A stretch of 64,000 nt of DNA from a virus. Taxonomy: Duplodnaviria > Caudoviricetes. The notes beneath the pieces were generated by a model. That model did no database searches, was not told the origin of the DNA, and worked only from the letters and a program-made list of their open reading frames with translations. This document shows positions 44,508 through 54,528 of the stretch, one piece after another. Each line of letters begins with the position of its first letter. The first letter of the stretch is position 1. The translations under genes and the position numbers were made by a program. Where the stretch lies: positions 5,678 to 69,677 of the IMG/VR virus record IMGVR_UViG_3300021387_000544; one strand, given 5' to 3'.

Positions 44508-47500
44508 ATGAGCAGGTGGTCAATATATAACAAAAATGGTGTGGAAAAAGCCGTCGTGAAGGATTTGGAGCTTCATGATGAATGGATGGCCGAATGTTTC
44601 CTGACTGTATCAGTCAAGAGTGCAAAGCCTATTCAGTTCGCTATCGGTGACTATATAGACTATCGAGATGAACGCTATATTATACAATATGACCCGAATG
44701 TATTAAAAAAAGCCAAGAGTGGTGCTTATGGTGAGGGATTCAATTACGACAGTATCAAGTTTGTTGGCTTGCAGGACGAGATTGTTCGCTGTGACTTCAA
44801 CGACATAGTGCTGAATGATAACGAAATGCACTATACTTCGCTGCCTACATTCCCATTTTACTGCGCGAGTGTTGATGATTTGCTTGACCGCATACAGGCT
44901 AACCTCGAAGATTTATACCCTGGCGAATGGGTAGTAATAGGTCTTAATACTGTTCGCAACAATCAGCGTGGAACTGCTGTTGGCAGATCCGCAGATTTCG
45001 AAGCTGCATACCGGCAATATATAGACCCCACTGGTACACCAAAGACTGACCCATACGGCAATCAGAGCATTGCTGAGACAGCCGACAATATAACCTGTTG
45101 GGATGCGATGAAGAAAGTGCATGATGATTTTGGGCTGAACTTCATCGTTCGTGGTCGTGTGATTGTTGTAGGAACAGCCGGAGTGTTTACGGCAAAAACA
45201 TTCCGTTATGGAAAGGGTAACGGCTTGTATGAGATAGAACGCATTGGTGAGAGTGACCAGCAGATAGTGACCCGCTTACGTACTTATGGTAGTGAAAAAA
45301 ATCTGCCGCAACACTACTATGCCAACCTCAATACTCAGGTATTTGCACATATCAGTAATATTCAGAAGTTTTCTACGCAAGGATGTAGTTTCTTACTTGA
45401 TTTCAATTTCGATAGCAAATACTTTACCTATCGTTCCGAAGATTATCCTGGAGATTCTGTTCATCCAAACTATATCGTTGAGATAAAGGCCAACAACGTT
45501 ACAGTTAGAGGTTTTGTCACAATGGATAGTCAGTCAAACAGCTGCTATGTGTATTGTGAATATACTGGTGGCAGTGATGATGATAGAGACGAGCCGGATG
45601 CTGCTAAAATGTCAGCGTTCATCAATGCGCTATCCAATGGAGACAGACTTGATTTTGTTAATTACATAAACAAAGATACATTCGATCCTACACATAAGGA
45701 TAGTTCTACAGACAATCTGCCTAATAATATGTCTGTGTCGCGCCTGATGCTGCCAGGATTCCCGAACCTTTCTCTTAACGAATGGGTACAAGCACACAAA
45801 AACGATGAAGATAAGCAATGGTTACGTGATGCTATTGCTGAAGGCTTTACTTTTTCTATAGAGAAGTATCGACCTTATATTGACTCTCCAAACATAGACA
45901 ATTATGGTATTCGTCCTGCGTCTATCTCCTTTGATGGAAGCAATGAAACGACAGAAATACACCCAACCATCACGGGAATGGAATATGGCGGTGTGGCGAT
46001 TGATGCTGTCTATGCTGCCGATCAAGTAGAGGATAACGGCGTATTCCCTGCAGGTGAGGAAGTGAAGAATATCAATATCACTATTCCTGACCTTGGTTTT
46101 GATCTTGGTAGTCTGTATGTTGATGGCGCAACCATTGACATGACCAGTGGTATGTGTGGCGCACGTTCGTTCAAGGTTGCCAATAAACCCAAACAAGATG
46201 CAAATGGAAGATGGGTATGTAATGTTGAGCGTGTACATGATGAATCCCTTGATTTGTGGTTCCCATACAAGGACTTCCAGATTACAAGTGGTGATAAGTA
46301 CGTTCTTACAGGTATATCGCTTCCTGATGCCTATGTAGATGCAGCTGCCATCAAATTACTGCAATCGTCTATCGAGGCTCTTAAAAAGAACCATGCTCCA
46401 CGCTACACCTACATACCGAGGATAGATGAGATATTCATGCAGAGACAACATGATACTGCGATAAGTAGTCAGGGCGTTGTTTCTTTGCATGATACTCTAA
46501 AGGCTGGTGACGTGTTTGTGTTTGCCGATACCGATATGGGTATTGATGCAAGCATTATTATTGACGTGCTTTCTATCAAGGAAAATGGTAATAACGGTAT
46601 TCCGACGTATGATATAACCCTTCGAGACGAAAAGCAAGTCGGTACGATACAGAAGATAACCAACAAGATTGATTCTGTTATCAATGGTGCTGTGAATATT
46701 AATGGTGGGGCAGGTGGACTTACTTCAAGCCAGGTGCGATCGCTTATTAACAACTATGGCCGTGATCAGTTCCTTTCAAAGGTAAGTGACGACACGGCAT
46801 CTGGCCTTATAGGATTCCTGAAGGGTATATGGATAGGTGTCAAGGGCATGTTCGGGTGGGACGCTGAGGGTAATATCAAGGCGAACGATATAGACCTGGC
46901 AGGTGAGCTGCGCGGTATCGCGGCACGACTGGACAAGATACAGTCGAGTGTATATACCGGCGACGGCATGGCTGACGTGGGCTTCCTGCTGCAGTATATC
47001 AACGGGCGCTCGAAGCTGGTGGTGGACGACCTCGTGGCTCGCGGCAAGTTTACAGTGAACGAGCTGGAGGTGCGCAAGTGGACGTACGCTGGCGGCAACA
47101 TGGTATTCTCCGGCGCAGGCAGTATCATTCACTATGTGGAATACCTCGATGCCGATGGTGTACCGCAGGGGTATACGAGCATACTGGTGCCGTGGACGGT
47201 TAAGGGTAAGGCCCTGTTGTCGTGGGCTCTGACTTTCGGTGCAAGGCTGGCGTGGGCCAAAAGAAAGCGCATCATGTCGGAAGCCTCCGTCGACTGGTCG
47301 AAGGTGGTGACGTTCCGCTGCTATATCCTCTCTGACGACGGCTCGATGCAGACGCGCAACTGGTGGCAGGTGGACGATCAGGCACGCTGCGAAACCTTGA
47401 ACAAGGTGGAACAGAAGCGGGAATCCAGCGGCGCGTATTCGGGAGCTGCCTCGAACACGCTCTATTGGCGCCGCGTGACCGGCATCGGCTCGAAGAAGAT

Positions 47501-50500
47501 AGAGGCGCTTGAGGACAACAGAATATATGACTACGTGGACCTGAGCGTGACTGATCATGCCGACGGCTACGACGATATACCTGCTGCGGGCGACAGTATC
47601 GTACAGTTCGGAAACCGCACCGACACCTCACGCCAGACGATTCTGACGATAGAGGTGGTCGGCGACGAGCGCGGACTGAAGATATACGACGGCGTGAACG
47701 GCTACGACCTCACGGGCAAGCGTAAGTCGGTGATAGGTCCGGACGGTGTGGAGTTGTATGCCAGGAAGTTCGTGATAGAGACCGACTACGGCGTGGAGCG
47801 TGTGCCTATGGACAGGGGCAGCTGGGAGGACGTACCGCAGCACAGGTGCTACTACTACGACCGCGTGGCTCACAACGGCTCTCTGTGGCTCTGTATCTAC
47901 CCCGAGGGTATGACACCGCCATATACGACTGAGGAACCGAGCGACACGGCTGTCTACTGGCGCAAGCAGGTGAGCCACGGAAGGGCATATCAGAACCAGT
48001 ACGTGTTCAAGCGCAGTGCCACGAAGCCTGTCAGGCCGGGCGATACGGAAGGGTACTTCAACAACCCCGTGCCGCAGGGGTGGAACGACGGCGTGCCTGC
48101 CGGTACCGACACGATATGGACTACCCACCGGCTGTTCACTTCCGACGGACAGGGACAGGACTTGCACTGGAGCGACGTTGGAATTCTGTCGGACACCGAG
48201 TCGTTCGACGTAGAGTTTTCGCCCAGCCACAGCCGTCCTGCCGCCCCGACCGATGCCAACCGTCACGGGGGCAGCGGCACCCAGGTGTGGTTCGACCCCT
48301 CGCTTGACCCGAACGCCGACTGGGAGAACATGTGGTGGATGGCCTCGCGGACTAAGGAGGACGGTATCTGGGGGGAATGGCGGCTGTCGAGGATAAAAGG
48401 CGAGGACGGAGCGTTCGTCTCTACCGTCTTCTGCCGTACCAACTCGACTCCATCCACTCCCTCCGGGGGCTCATACGCAGCCCCGTGGCCTGACGGAAAG
48501 AAGGATGGAGACCTGTGGCACGACGGCATCCCCTCGGGTGACGCCCGGCTATGGGAGTCGAAGCGCACCTTCCACTATACTGAGCAGCAGGGCGAGGCAT
48601 GGAGCCCGCCAAGGCCCGTCAGCGACACCGCCGACCTCGACATAGAGTTCTCTCCCAGTGAGACGGAACCTGCCGAAAGCACGCTGCGCCCGACACCAGG
48701 CGCGGCCCATCCGTCGACAGGCATCTGGTACGACCCGTCGAACCTGCCCAGTGGCCGGACGATGATTTGGCGTGCCGAGCGCAAGATCAGGAACGGCGCA
48801 TACGACGGCAGGTGGGTCGTCTCGCGTATCTATGGTGAGAAGGGTGAAACGGGAACTCAGGGTGTCGGCTACGAGCACACCGACCAGTACTACTATGCCA
48901 CGACTACGGACTCTGCGCCTGCCTTCAACAAGAACACCTGGAGCAAGGGGGCTAAGCCGTCGAACTGGAACACGACCAATAAGTTCCTCTGGTGCTGTGA
49001 GGTGAGCCACAAGACCGACGGCAGTGAGGAGATTGGCTCGGTGTACCCCGTGGGTGTCTACAGCAAGGACGGCAAGGACGGCAAGGACGGCACGAGCGTG
49101 ACAATAGCGGGCGACGTGCAGGAGTTCGCCGTCGGCACTTCCGGTACTGTCGTTCCGACGAGCGGCTGGAGCTCGTCCATGCCTGCTGCGGAGAAGGGCA
49201 AGTTCCTGTGGACCCGCGACACTACGACATACAGTGACGGAAAGATGACGGTGACCTATGGCGTGAGCTACTGGGGTACAGACGGCACGACACTCGACAA
49301 GAACAAGTCGTACATACGGTACTCCACTCAGAAGACATCATCACAGCCAGCGGACTCAACGTTCACGCTCGTAAATCCTCCTGCACTGTCGAAAGGCGAC
49401 TGGCTGTGGATTATGAGCCTGCTGACCTATAGCGACGGCACTGTGCTGAAGTCGTACAGCACCAGTTATGCGGGCTCCGACGGAGCGCACGGCGACAAGG
49501 GTGCGGACGGGTATACGACGCACTTCGCCTACGCCACCAGTGCCGACGGTAGCCAGAACTTCAGCGTCACCCCGTATACAGGTGCGACATACATAGGCTC
49601 TTACCGCGACCAGGTAGCCGCAGACTCGACCAACTACCGTTCCTATACGTGGACGCAATGGAAGGGTGATGCGGGCAAGGACGGCAAGGACGGCAAGAAC
49701 GGCACGAACGGCAAGAACGGCACGAACGGCAAGGACGGCAAGGACGGTGCGGACGGCTATACCATCGACATCACACCGAGTTCGCTCATTTTCAACCAGG
49801 CAGACAACGGGTCGCTCGACAACGGAAACTACGAGGCGGAGATCGTGGTCTATAAGGGCAGTACCAAGGTACAGCTCGCCGCTGGCAATTTCTCGCAGAA
49901 GACGACGAGTCATTGTGGTGCCTATGTCCGCATAGACAGTGCCACGGGCAAGGCCTTAGTGGGCTTCAGTTCCGTGGAGACTTACAGAGACGCTGCTCTC
50001 GGCAAGAACGTGTATTACGACACGGGCTATGCACAGTGGGAGCTGATCGTCGGCACGCTCGACATCTTCGTCCGTGTGAACTGGTACGCTAATCTGAAAG
50101 CGACCTACAAGGAGTCTATCTCCAACGGCGTAAAGACCGAGGTGGCGCAGGAACTGTCCTATGGTTATGACCCCGGCGGCAGCGTTCATTCCCTTTCCAA
50201 CATCGGAGAGTACCTGAAGAGCGCCGAGGAAAACGTCAGCACCCTGCAGACTACCGTCAACGGCATACCAAGCACATATTCAAGGATAGACCAGACGAAC
50301 AAGCTGATAGAAATGAGTGTCGGCAGTGCCAACGGCAAGATGCTGATACCCGTGGGCAGCTGGGTGGACACGAACGGGAATGCCATATTTCGCTACGAAA
50401 AGAGCGGCAGAATAGGCTTAGGCTCCTCGAAATACGCCATCTCGCCCATCATGGCACTGAATCCGGGGACGTATTGCCTCTCGTTCTATGACCCGGAGGG

Positions 50501-51530
50501 CTTAGTCACCAGCTTTGGCATCAGGTACAGCACACAGAAGACCACTTCCGCCCAGATATTCAACAGCGGCTCAAGGCTCGTACAGGCTGGCATCGGCAGT
50601 GCGTCGACCATGTCAGATGGCTATGGCACGCGCTACTATTATGTCTTCACGGTAATCACGGCAGGCTATTACGTGCTGTACTTCTACGACGAGAACCTTG
50701 AGGTCTACTACCCGATGGTGGAAGCAGGCAGCGTGCCGAAAACTACGGAACAGTCACTGATAAAGGCTTCGTCCGATAAATTATCGCTCAGTATCAATAA
50801 CGGTCTGAAGAAGACGGGTATCGATATCACCAATGGAAAGATCAGACTGTCGGCAGACAAGACCGAAGTGGACGGCAACCTGACAGTGGCATCGTTCGAC
50901 ACAAAGGAACAGGGCGGTTATCGCATCCGTATAGAGGGCGGGCACTTCGACGTTTACAACGCACTTGGCAAAATAGGGCTGTCTATAGGGTGGGAAGGCC
51001 AAAACGGCGATCCATACCTTATACTGACCAACAGCGATGCATCGAAGAGCTACAAGCTAACCTATGACGGCGTGAAGGAGCAGTCTGGCTATTTCACCTC
51101 AGACAGTTTCGCTACGTCATTGAGAAAAAAGGTGGCCAACGGTGACACGGTATCCTCGCTATACAGCGGAGCCGCCAACCATTACACCTATTCCGCCGCC
51201 CGTCACCTTACGACACACGAATACCAGAACTCTGACGGCAAGGGGTCGGCCCGTGCCCGCTACGATGGCAAGGTGTTCACCACGAACAATATCACGACTG
51301 TGCTTAACAGTGGTTCGAGCTATTATCCCGCCAACGGGTACTACGTGACGAAGGATGGCCCGCAGACCTTCGACACGAATGTGACGATGCGAACAATATT
51401 CCTTGTAAGCAACGGTTCGAGCCTGAAGGTGGGAACGTTGTACACCAAGAATAACCTGTTTACAGACGCGAATGGCGAGAACGGAGAGTCGACACTTCGC
51501 ATCGAGAGGTATGTTATGATAGAATCGTAA
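44508..51530 (+). CDS. Large tail tip / baseplate hub-spike protein with collagen-like linkers
   Basis: 2340 aa; N-terminal tail-hub-like part (IVTRLRTYGSEKNLP), duplicated internal domains, G-X-Y runs. Confidence 0.88.
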   Translation: MSRWSIYNKNGVEKAVVKDLELHDEWMAECFLTVSVKSAKPIQFAIGDYIDYRDERYIIQYDPNVLKKAKSGAYGEGFNYDSIKFVGLQDEIVRCDFNDIVLNDNEMHYTSLPTFPFYCASVDDLLDRIQANLEDLYPGEWVVIGLNTVRNNQRGTAVGRSADFEAAYRQYIDPTGTPKTDPYGNQSIAETADNITCWDAMKKVHDDFGLNFIVRGRVIVVGTAGVFTAKTFRYGKGNGLYEIERIGESDQQIVTRLRTYGSEKNLPQHYYANLNTQVFAHISNIQKFSTQGCSFLLDFNFDSKYFTYRSEDYPGDSVHPNYIVEIKANNVTVRGFVTMDSQSNSCYVYCEYTGGSDDDRDEPDAAKMSAFINALSNGDRLDFVNYINKDTFDPTHKDSSTDNLPNNMSVSRLMLPGFPNLSLNEWVQAHKNDEDKQWLRDAIAEGFTFSIEKYRPYIDSPNIDNYGIRPASISFDGSNETTEIHPTITGMEYGGVAIDAVYAADQVEDNGVFPAGEEVKNINITIPDLGFDLGSLYVDGATIDMTSGMCGARSFKVANKPKQDANGRWVCNVERVHDESLDLWFPYKDFQITSGDKYVLTGISLPDAYVDAAAIKLLQSSIEALKKNHAPRYTYIPRIDEIFMQRQHDTAISSQGVVSLHDTLKAGDVFVFADTDMGIDASIIIDVLSIKENGNNGIPTYDITLRDEKQVGTIQKITNKIDSVINGAVNINGGAGGLTSSQVRSLINNYGRDQFLSKVSDDTASGLIGFLKGIWIGVKGMFGWDAEGNIKANDIDLAGELRGIAARLDKIQSSVYTGDGMADVGFLLQYINGRSKLVVDDLVARGKFTVNELEVRKWTYAGGNMVFSGAGSIIHYVEYLDADGVPQGYTSILVPWTVKGKALLSWALTFGARLAWAKRKRIMSEASVDWSKVVTFRCYILSDDGSMQTRNWWQVDDQARCETLNKVEQKRESSGAYSGAASNTLYWRRVTGIGSKKIEALEDNRIYDYVDLSVTDHADGYDDIPAAGDSIVQFGNRTDTSRQTILTIEVVGDERGLKIYDGVNGYDLTGKRKSVIGPDGVELYARKFVIETDYGVERVPMDRGSWEDVPQHRCYYYDRVAHNGSLWLCIYPEGMTPPYTTEEPSDTAVYWRKQVSHGRAYQNQYVFKRSATKPVRPGDTEGYFNNPVPQGWNDGVPAGTDTIWTTHRLFTSDGQGQDLHWSDVGILSDTESFDVEFSPSHSRPAAPTDANRHGGSGTQVWFDPSLDPNADWENMWWMASRTKEDGIWGEWRLSRIKGEDGAFVSTVFCRTNSTPSTPSGGSYAAPWPDGKKDGDLWHDGIPSGDARLWESKRTFHYTEQQGEAWSPPRPVSDTADLDIEFSPSETEPAESTLRPTPGAAHPSTGIWYDPSNLPSGRTMIWRAERKIRNGAYDGRWVVSRIYGEKGETGTQGVGYEHTDQYYYATTTDSAPAFNKNTWSKGAKPSNWNTTNKFLWCCEVSHKTDGSEEIGSVYPVGVYSKDGKDGKDGTSVTIAGDVQEFAVGTSGTVVPTSGWSSSMPAAEKGKFLWTRDTTTYSDGKMTVTYGVSYWGTDGTTLDKNKSYIRYSTQKTSSQPADSTFTLVNPPALSKGDWLWIMSLLTYSDGTVLKSYSTSYAGSDGAHGDKGADGYTTHFAYATSADGSQNFSVTPYTGATYIGSYRDQVAADSTNYRSYTWTQWKGDAGKDGKDGKNGTNGKNGTNGKDGKDGADGYTIDITPSSLIFNQADNGSLDNGNYEAEIVVYKGSTKVQLAAGNFSQKTTSHCGAYVRIDSATGKALVGFSSVETYRDAALGKNVYYDTGYAQWELIVGTLDIFVRVNWYANLKATYKESISNGVKTEVAQELSYGYDPGGSVHSLSNIGEYLKSAEENVSTLQTTVNGIPSTYSRIDQTNKLIEMSVGSANGKMLIPVGSWVDTNGNAIFRYEKSGRIGLGSSKYAISPIMALNPGTYCLSFYDPEGLVTSFGIRYSTQKTTSAQIFNSGSRLVQAGIGSASTMSDGYGTRYYYVFTVITAGYYVLYFYDENLEVYYPMVEAGSVPKTTEQSLIKASSDKLSLSINNGLKKTGIDITNGKIRLSADKTEVDGNLTVASFDTKEQGGYRIRIEGGHFDVYNALGKIGLSIGWEGQNGDPYLILTNSDASKSYKLTYDGVKEQSGYFTSDSFATSLRKKVANGDTVSSLYSGAANHYTYSAARHLTTHEYQNSDGKGSARARYDGKVFTTNNITTVLNSGSSYYPANGYYVTKDGPQTFDTNVTMRTIFLVSNGSSLKVGTLYTKNNLFTDANGENGESTLRIERYVMIES
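49674..49754 (+). repeat. 9-bp tandem repeat encoding collagen-like GKD/GKN/GTN
   Basis: GGCAAGGAC-type unit x9; same unit x3 at 49062-49088. Confidence 0.9.
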
Positions 51531-51551
51531 AACAAAAAGAATACAAAGAAT

Positions 51552-53900
51552 ATGGCAGACAATCAATTCCTACAACAGTTTGACGAGGCAATGGAGCAGC
51601 GAGGTGCTATCATTGGAGGCGAGAAGGTGGACGTGCTCACCGAGGACGAGGTGGACGACGCGACTACCATTCCTGCAACGAAGATAGACAGTACGAGGGG
51701 CGAGGCCGTCGGGTGGTACGTGGCTCCTCTGTCGGTCATCATGAAACCTATCCGTGCGGCCATCAGTACGCTGTCGGAGCTGATAGCCTCCGTGACACAG
51801 CAGGGTAATCGCGCCGAACAGGCAGCAGGACGGGTGGATGCCGTCATCGCCACGGCCAATACTGACCACACTCGCGCAGAGCAGAACCATAGCACAGCCA
51901 CATCAGACCACAACACTGCCACATCAGACCATACTACAGCACTTACAGACCATACCCGCGCAGAGCAGGACCATACAACGGCACTTGCCGACCATAGCAC
52001 AGCAGGAACAGACCACACCCGTGCAGGACAAGACCACAGTACAGCCGCCACCGATCATACTCGCGCAGAGACCGACCACAACCGCGCCGCTACCGACCAC
52101 ACGACAGCACTTACAGACCACACGACAGCACTTACAGACCATACCCAAGCAGAACAGGACCATTCGGACGCACTGGAGGCTACGGCGGGGGCTGAGAAGG
52201 TGAATGCCACGCTCGTAGGCATGACGGTCACCGTTACCGACAGAAACGGGCAGAGCCGGTCGCAGAACATCGGATTCGAGATTACCGAGGACCATGTATA
52301 TCCCTCCGTCGCTGCCATGCAGACCGACGCCGCCAACGTGCAACCGGGCAAGTTCTGTATGGTAGCCACGACGGACAAGACTTCGGAGGAGAACGCCCGC
52401 CTCTATACAAAGAACTCCGCAGGTGGATTCACCTTCCTTAGCGACCTCGACCAGGCCGCCACCCACGCCTTCGCCGACTGGATGGAGAACTACAAACCCG
52501 TCATCGAGAGTGACCATGCGAGGGCAGAGACGGATCATTCCACGGCATCCGCAGACCACTCCGTAGCCGTCAGCGACCATTCCGTAGCCACGGCCGACCA
52601 TACAACGGCGGTATCAGACCATACAACGGCGGTATCAGACCATACAACGGCGGTATCAGACCATACGAGGGCAGAGTCGGAGCATACGAGAGCCGAGAGT
52701 GACCACACACGCGCCGAAGGCGACCATACGAGAGCGGAACAAGACCATACGACGGCAGACACAGACCATACGGTGGCAGACACAGACCACACAACGGCCG
52801 TAACAGACCATGACAGAGCAGTAACAGACCATACCATAGCCGTCAGCGACCATCAGACGGCTTCCTCAGACCATGTCACGGCACTCGATGACCACGAAGC
52901 ATCGGAGAAGGCGGTGGAGGAGGCGGAGAATGTCAATGCCGAACTGGAAGGAATGACGGTCACCATCACTGACCGCAATGGCACGTCAGTAAGCGTGAAT
53001 ATCGGCTTTGAGATATACAGGACATATTCTTCCGTTGCCGCCATGGAGGCAGATGCGAAGAACGTCCCTGACGGAAAGTTTGTGATGATAGCAACCACCG
53101 ACCCGACGTCTCAGGAGAATGCACGCCTCTACGGAAAGAACAGGGAGGGAGGGTTCACGTTCCTCTCTGACCTTGACCAGGCGGCAACGAGCGCCTTCGC
53201 AGACTGGCTTGAGAACTATAAGCCCGTCATTGAGGCTGACCACTCACAGGCACAGACAGACCATTCCACGGCCACGGCTGACCATTCTACGGCAGCGCAA
53301 GACCATACCATTGCATCTGCTGACCACGACACCGCAGAGTCAGACCATACATTGTCAGTCTCCGACCACATTCAGGCATCTTCCGACCACACAACGGCAC
53401 AGACGGACAGCGCCATCGCGGGGACAGACCATGCCACGGCAGCGGAAGACCATACAATTTCCTTGGCAGACCATCAGACGGCATCAAGTGACCATGCCAT
53501 TGCTGCTACAGACCATCAGACGGCTGCTGATGACCATACCATTGCGGAAAGCGACCATAATACGGCTTCTGCCGACCATACACAGGCATCCACAGACCAT
53601 ACGGCATCGGTGGAGGCAACGGCAAATGCCAACACGCAGGCAGACAGGGCGAAGGGATGGGCAGACCACGCACCGTATATAGCAGACGGAACGGAGGAAT
53701 ACACGGGAGACCTCAACTATTGGTATCTGTGGGACGTGGAGACGGAAGAGTATGTGAAGTCACGCTATGCGAAGGGTGATGACCTGCACTGGTCAGAAAT
53801 GACGGAAGAGGAAAAGGACGCGCTGACTGAAAAGATGCTCGAGAACCTTGTGTTCTCTTCTCAGGAAACATGTGAGGATATTATCGAAGAGTTAAACTAA
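51552..53900 (+). CDS. Tail fibre-like protein with Asp-His heptad repeats
   Basis: About 50 AxxDHxx heptads in three blocks separated by two copies of a globular module. Confidence 0.88.
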   Translation: MADNQFLQQFDEAMEQRGAIIGGEKVDVLTEDEVDDATTIPATKIDSTRGEAVGWYVAPLSVIMKPIRAAISTLSELIASVTQQGNRAEQAAGRVDAVIATANTDHTRAEQNHSTATSDHNTATSDHTTALTDHTRAEQDHTTALADHSTAGTDHTRAGQDHSTAATDHTRAETDHNRAATDHTTALTDHTTALTDHTQAEQDHSDALEATAGAEKVNATLVGMTVTVTDRNGQSRSQNIGFEITEDHVYPSVAAMQTDAANVQPGKFCMVATTDKTSEENARLYTKNSAGGFTFLSDLDQAATHAFADWMENYKPVIESDHARAETDHSTASADHSVAVSDHSVATADHTTAVSDHTTAVSDHTTAVSDHTRAESEHTRAESDHTRAEGDHTRAEQDHTTADTDHTVADTDHTTAVTDHDRAVTDHTIAVSDHQTASSDHVTALDDHEASEKAVEEAENVNAELEGMTVTITDRNGTSVSVNIGFEIYRTYSSVAAMEADAKNVPDGKFVMIATTDPTSQENARLYGKNREGGFTFLSDLDQAATSAFADWLENYKPVIEADHSQAQTDHSTATADHSTAAQDHTIASADHDTAESDHTLSVSDHIQASSDHTTAQTDSAIAGTDHATAAEDHTISLADHQTASSDHAIAATDHQTAADDHTIAESDHNTASADHTQASTDHTASVEATANANTQADRAKGWADHAPYIADGTEEYTGDLNYWYLWDVETEEYVKSRYAKGDDLHWSEMTEEEKDALTEKMLENLVFSSQETCEDIIEELN
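52596..52666 (+). repeat. 21-bp perfect tandem repeat (x3) within the DH-heptad gene
   Basis: GACCATACAACGGCGGTATCA x3 + GACCATAC. Confidence 0.9.
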
Positions 53901-53913
53901 AGATTATACGACT

Positions 53914-54141
53914 ATGGCAGAACAGATTAACAAAATCATCATCGAGACAGCTGGAAAGGAATACGAGTTCTCGGGTGGCGGCGGTGGCATACCCGCTCCG
54001 AACTCTGTGGGAACGGAGCAGATAAAAGATGACTCCGTGGAGATGCAAGACCTCAATGAGGACGTAAAGAAGAACATGACACACTCCTACGACGCGGAGA
54101 GTGAGGGTATCAGGCTTGGCGGCCTCGTAGACAAAGGATAA
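53914..54141 (+). CDS. Small fibre-associated protein
   Basis: SVGTEQIKDDSVEMQDL motif. Confidence 0.7.
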   Translation: MAEQINKIIIETAGKEYEFSGGGGGIPAPNSVGTEQIKDDSVEMQDLNEDVKKNMTHSYDAESEGIRLGGLVDKG

Positions 54142-54146
54142 CGGCT

Positions 54147-54449
54147 ATGGAGGAAAGGAAATACAACCTGATAAAGGCTCCCGACGGGTACTACATCGGG
54201 AAGATTATGAAGAGCGGCATGCTGTCGAAGGACTCGCGCAGGATTTCCGACGAGGAGATTATGGCGATGTTCGAGGATGTGCTGCGACGTAACAGGGCTG
54301 AGACGGGAAGGAGCGTGATGAGCGTGTTCTCACACGGCAAGCCCGTGATGGTGGCCAAACTCGAACCCGACATCATGGAGTGCGGGGTCATAGAGAGGCC
54401 GCAGAGACAGGCTGGACGCATGCCGAACATCATGCGGAAGGCCGACTGA
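54147..54449 (+). CDS. Hypothetical protein
   Basis: 100 aa. Confidence 0.7.
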   Translation: MEERKYNLIKAPDGYYIGKIMKSGMLSKDSRRISDEEIMAMFEDVLRRNRAETGRSVMSVFSHGKPVMVAKLEPDIMECGVIERPQRQAGRMPNIMRKAD

Positions 54450-54528
54450 GGAATCTGACTTGCGGGATAACTACCTGCCCCAGATATTTAGTTCACTTAT
54501 TGTTTAACCAATTAAAGATTTTAGCATT

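Noticed and set aside
44372-44533. Extra 54 N-terminal residues on the tape measure ORF
   Set aside because: Overlaps the divergent promoter region and the tail-tip gene start
52596-52666. 21-bp tandem repeats as a CRISPR or guide-RNA array
   Set aside because: No spacers; the repeats are in frame within a CDS and encode heptads; no cas or Nop-domain gene seen
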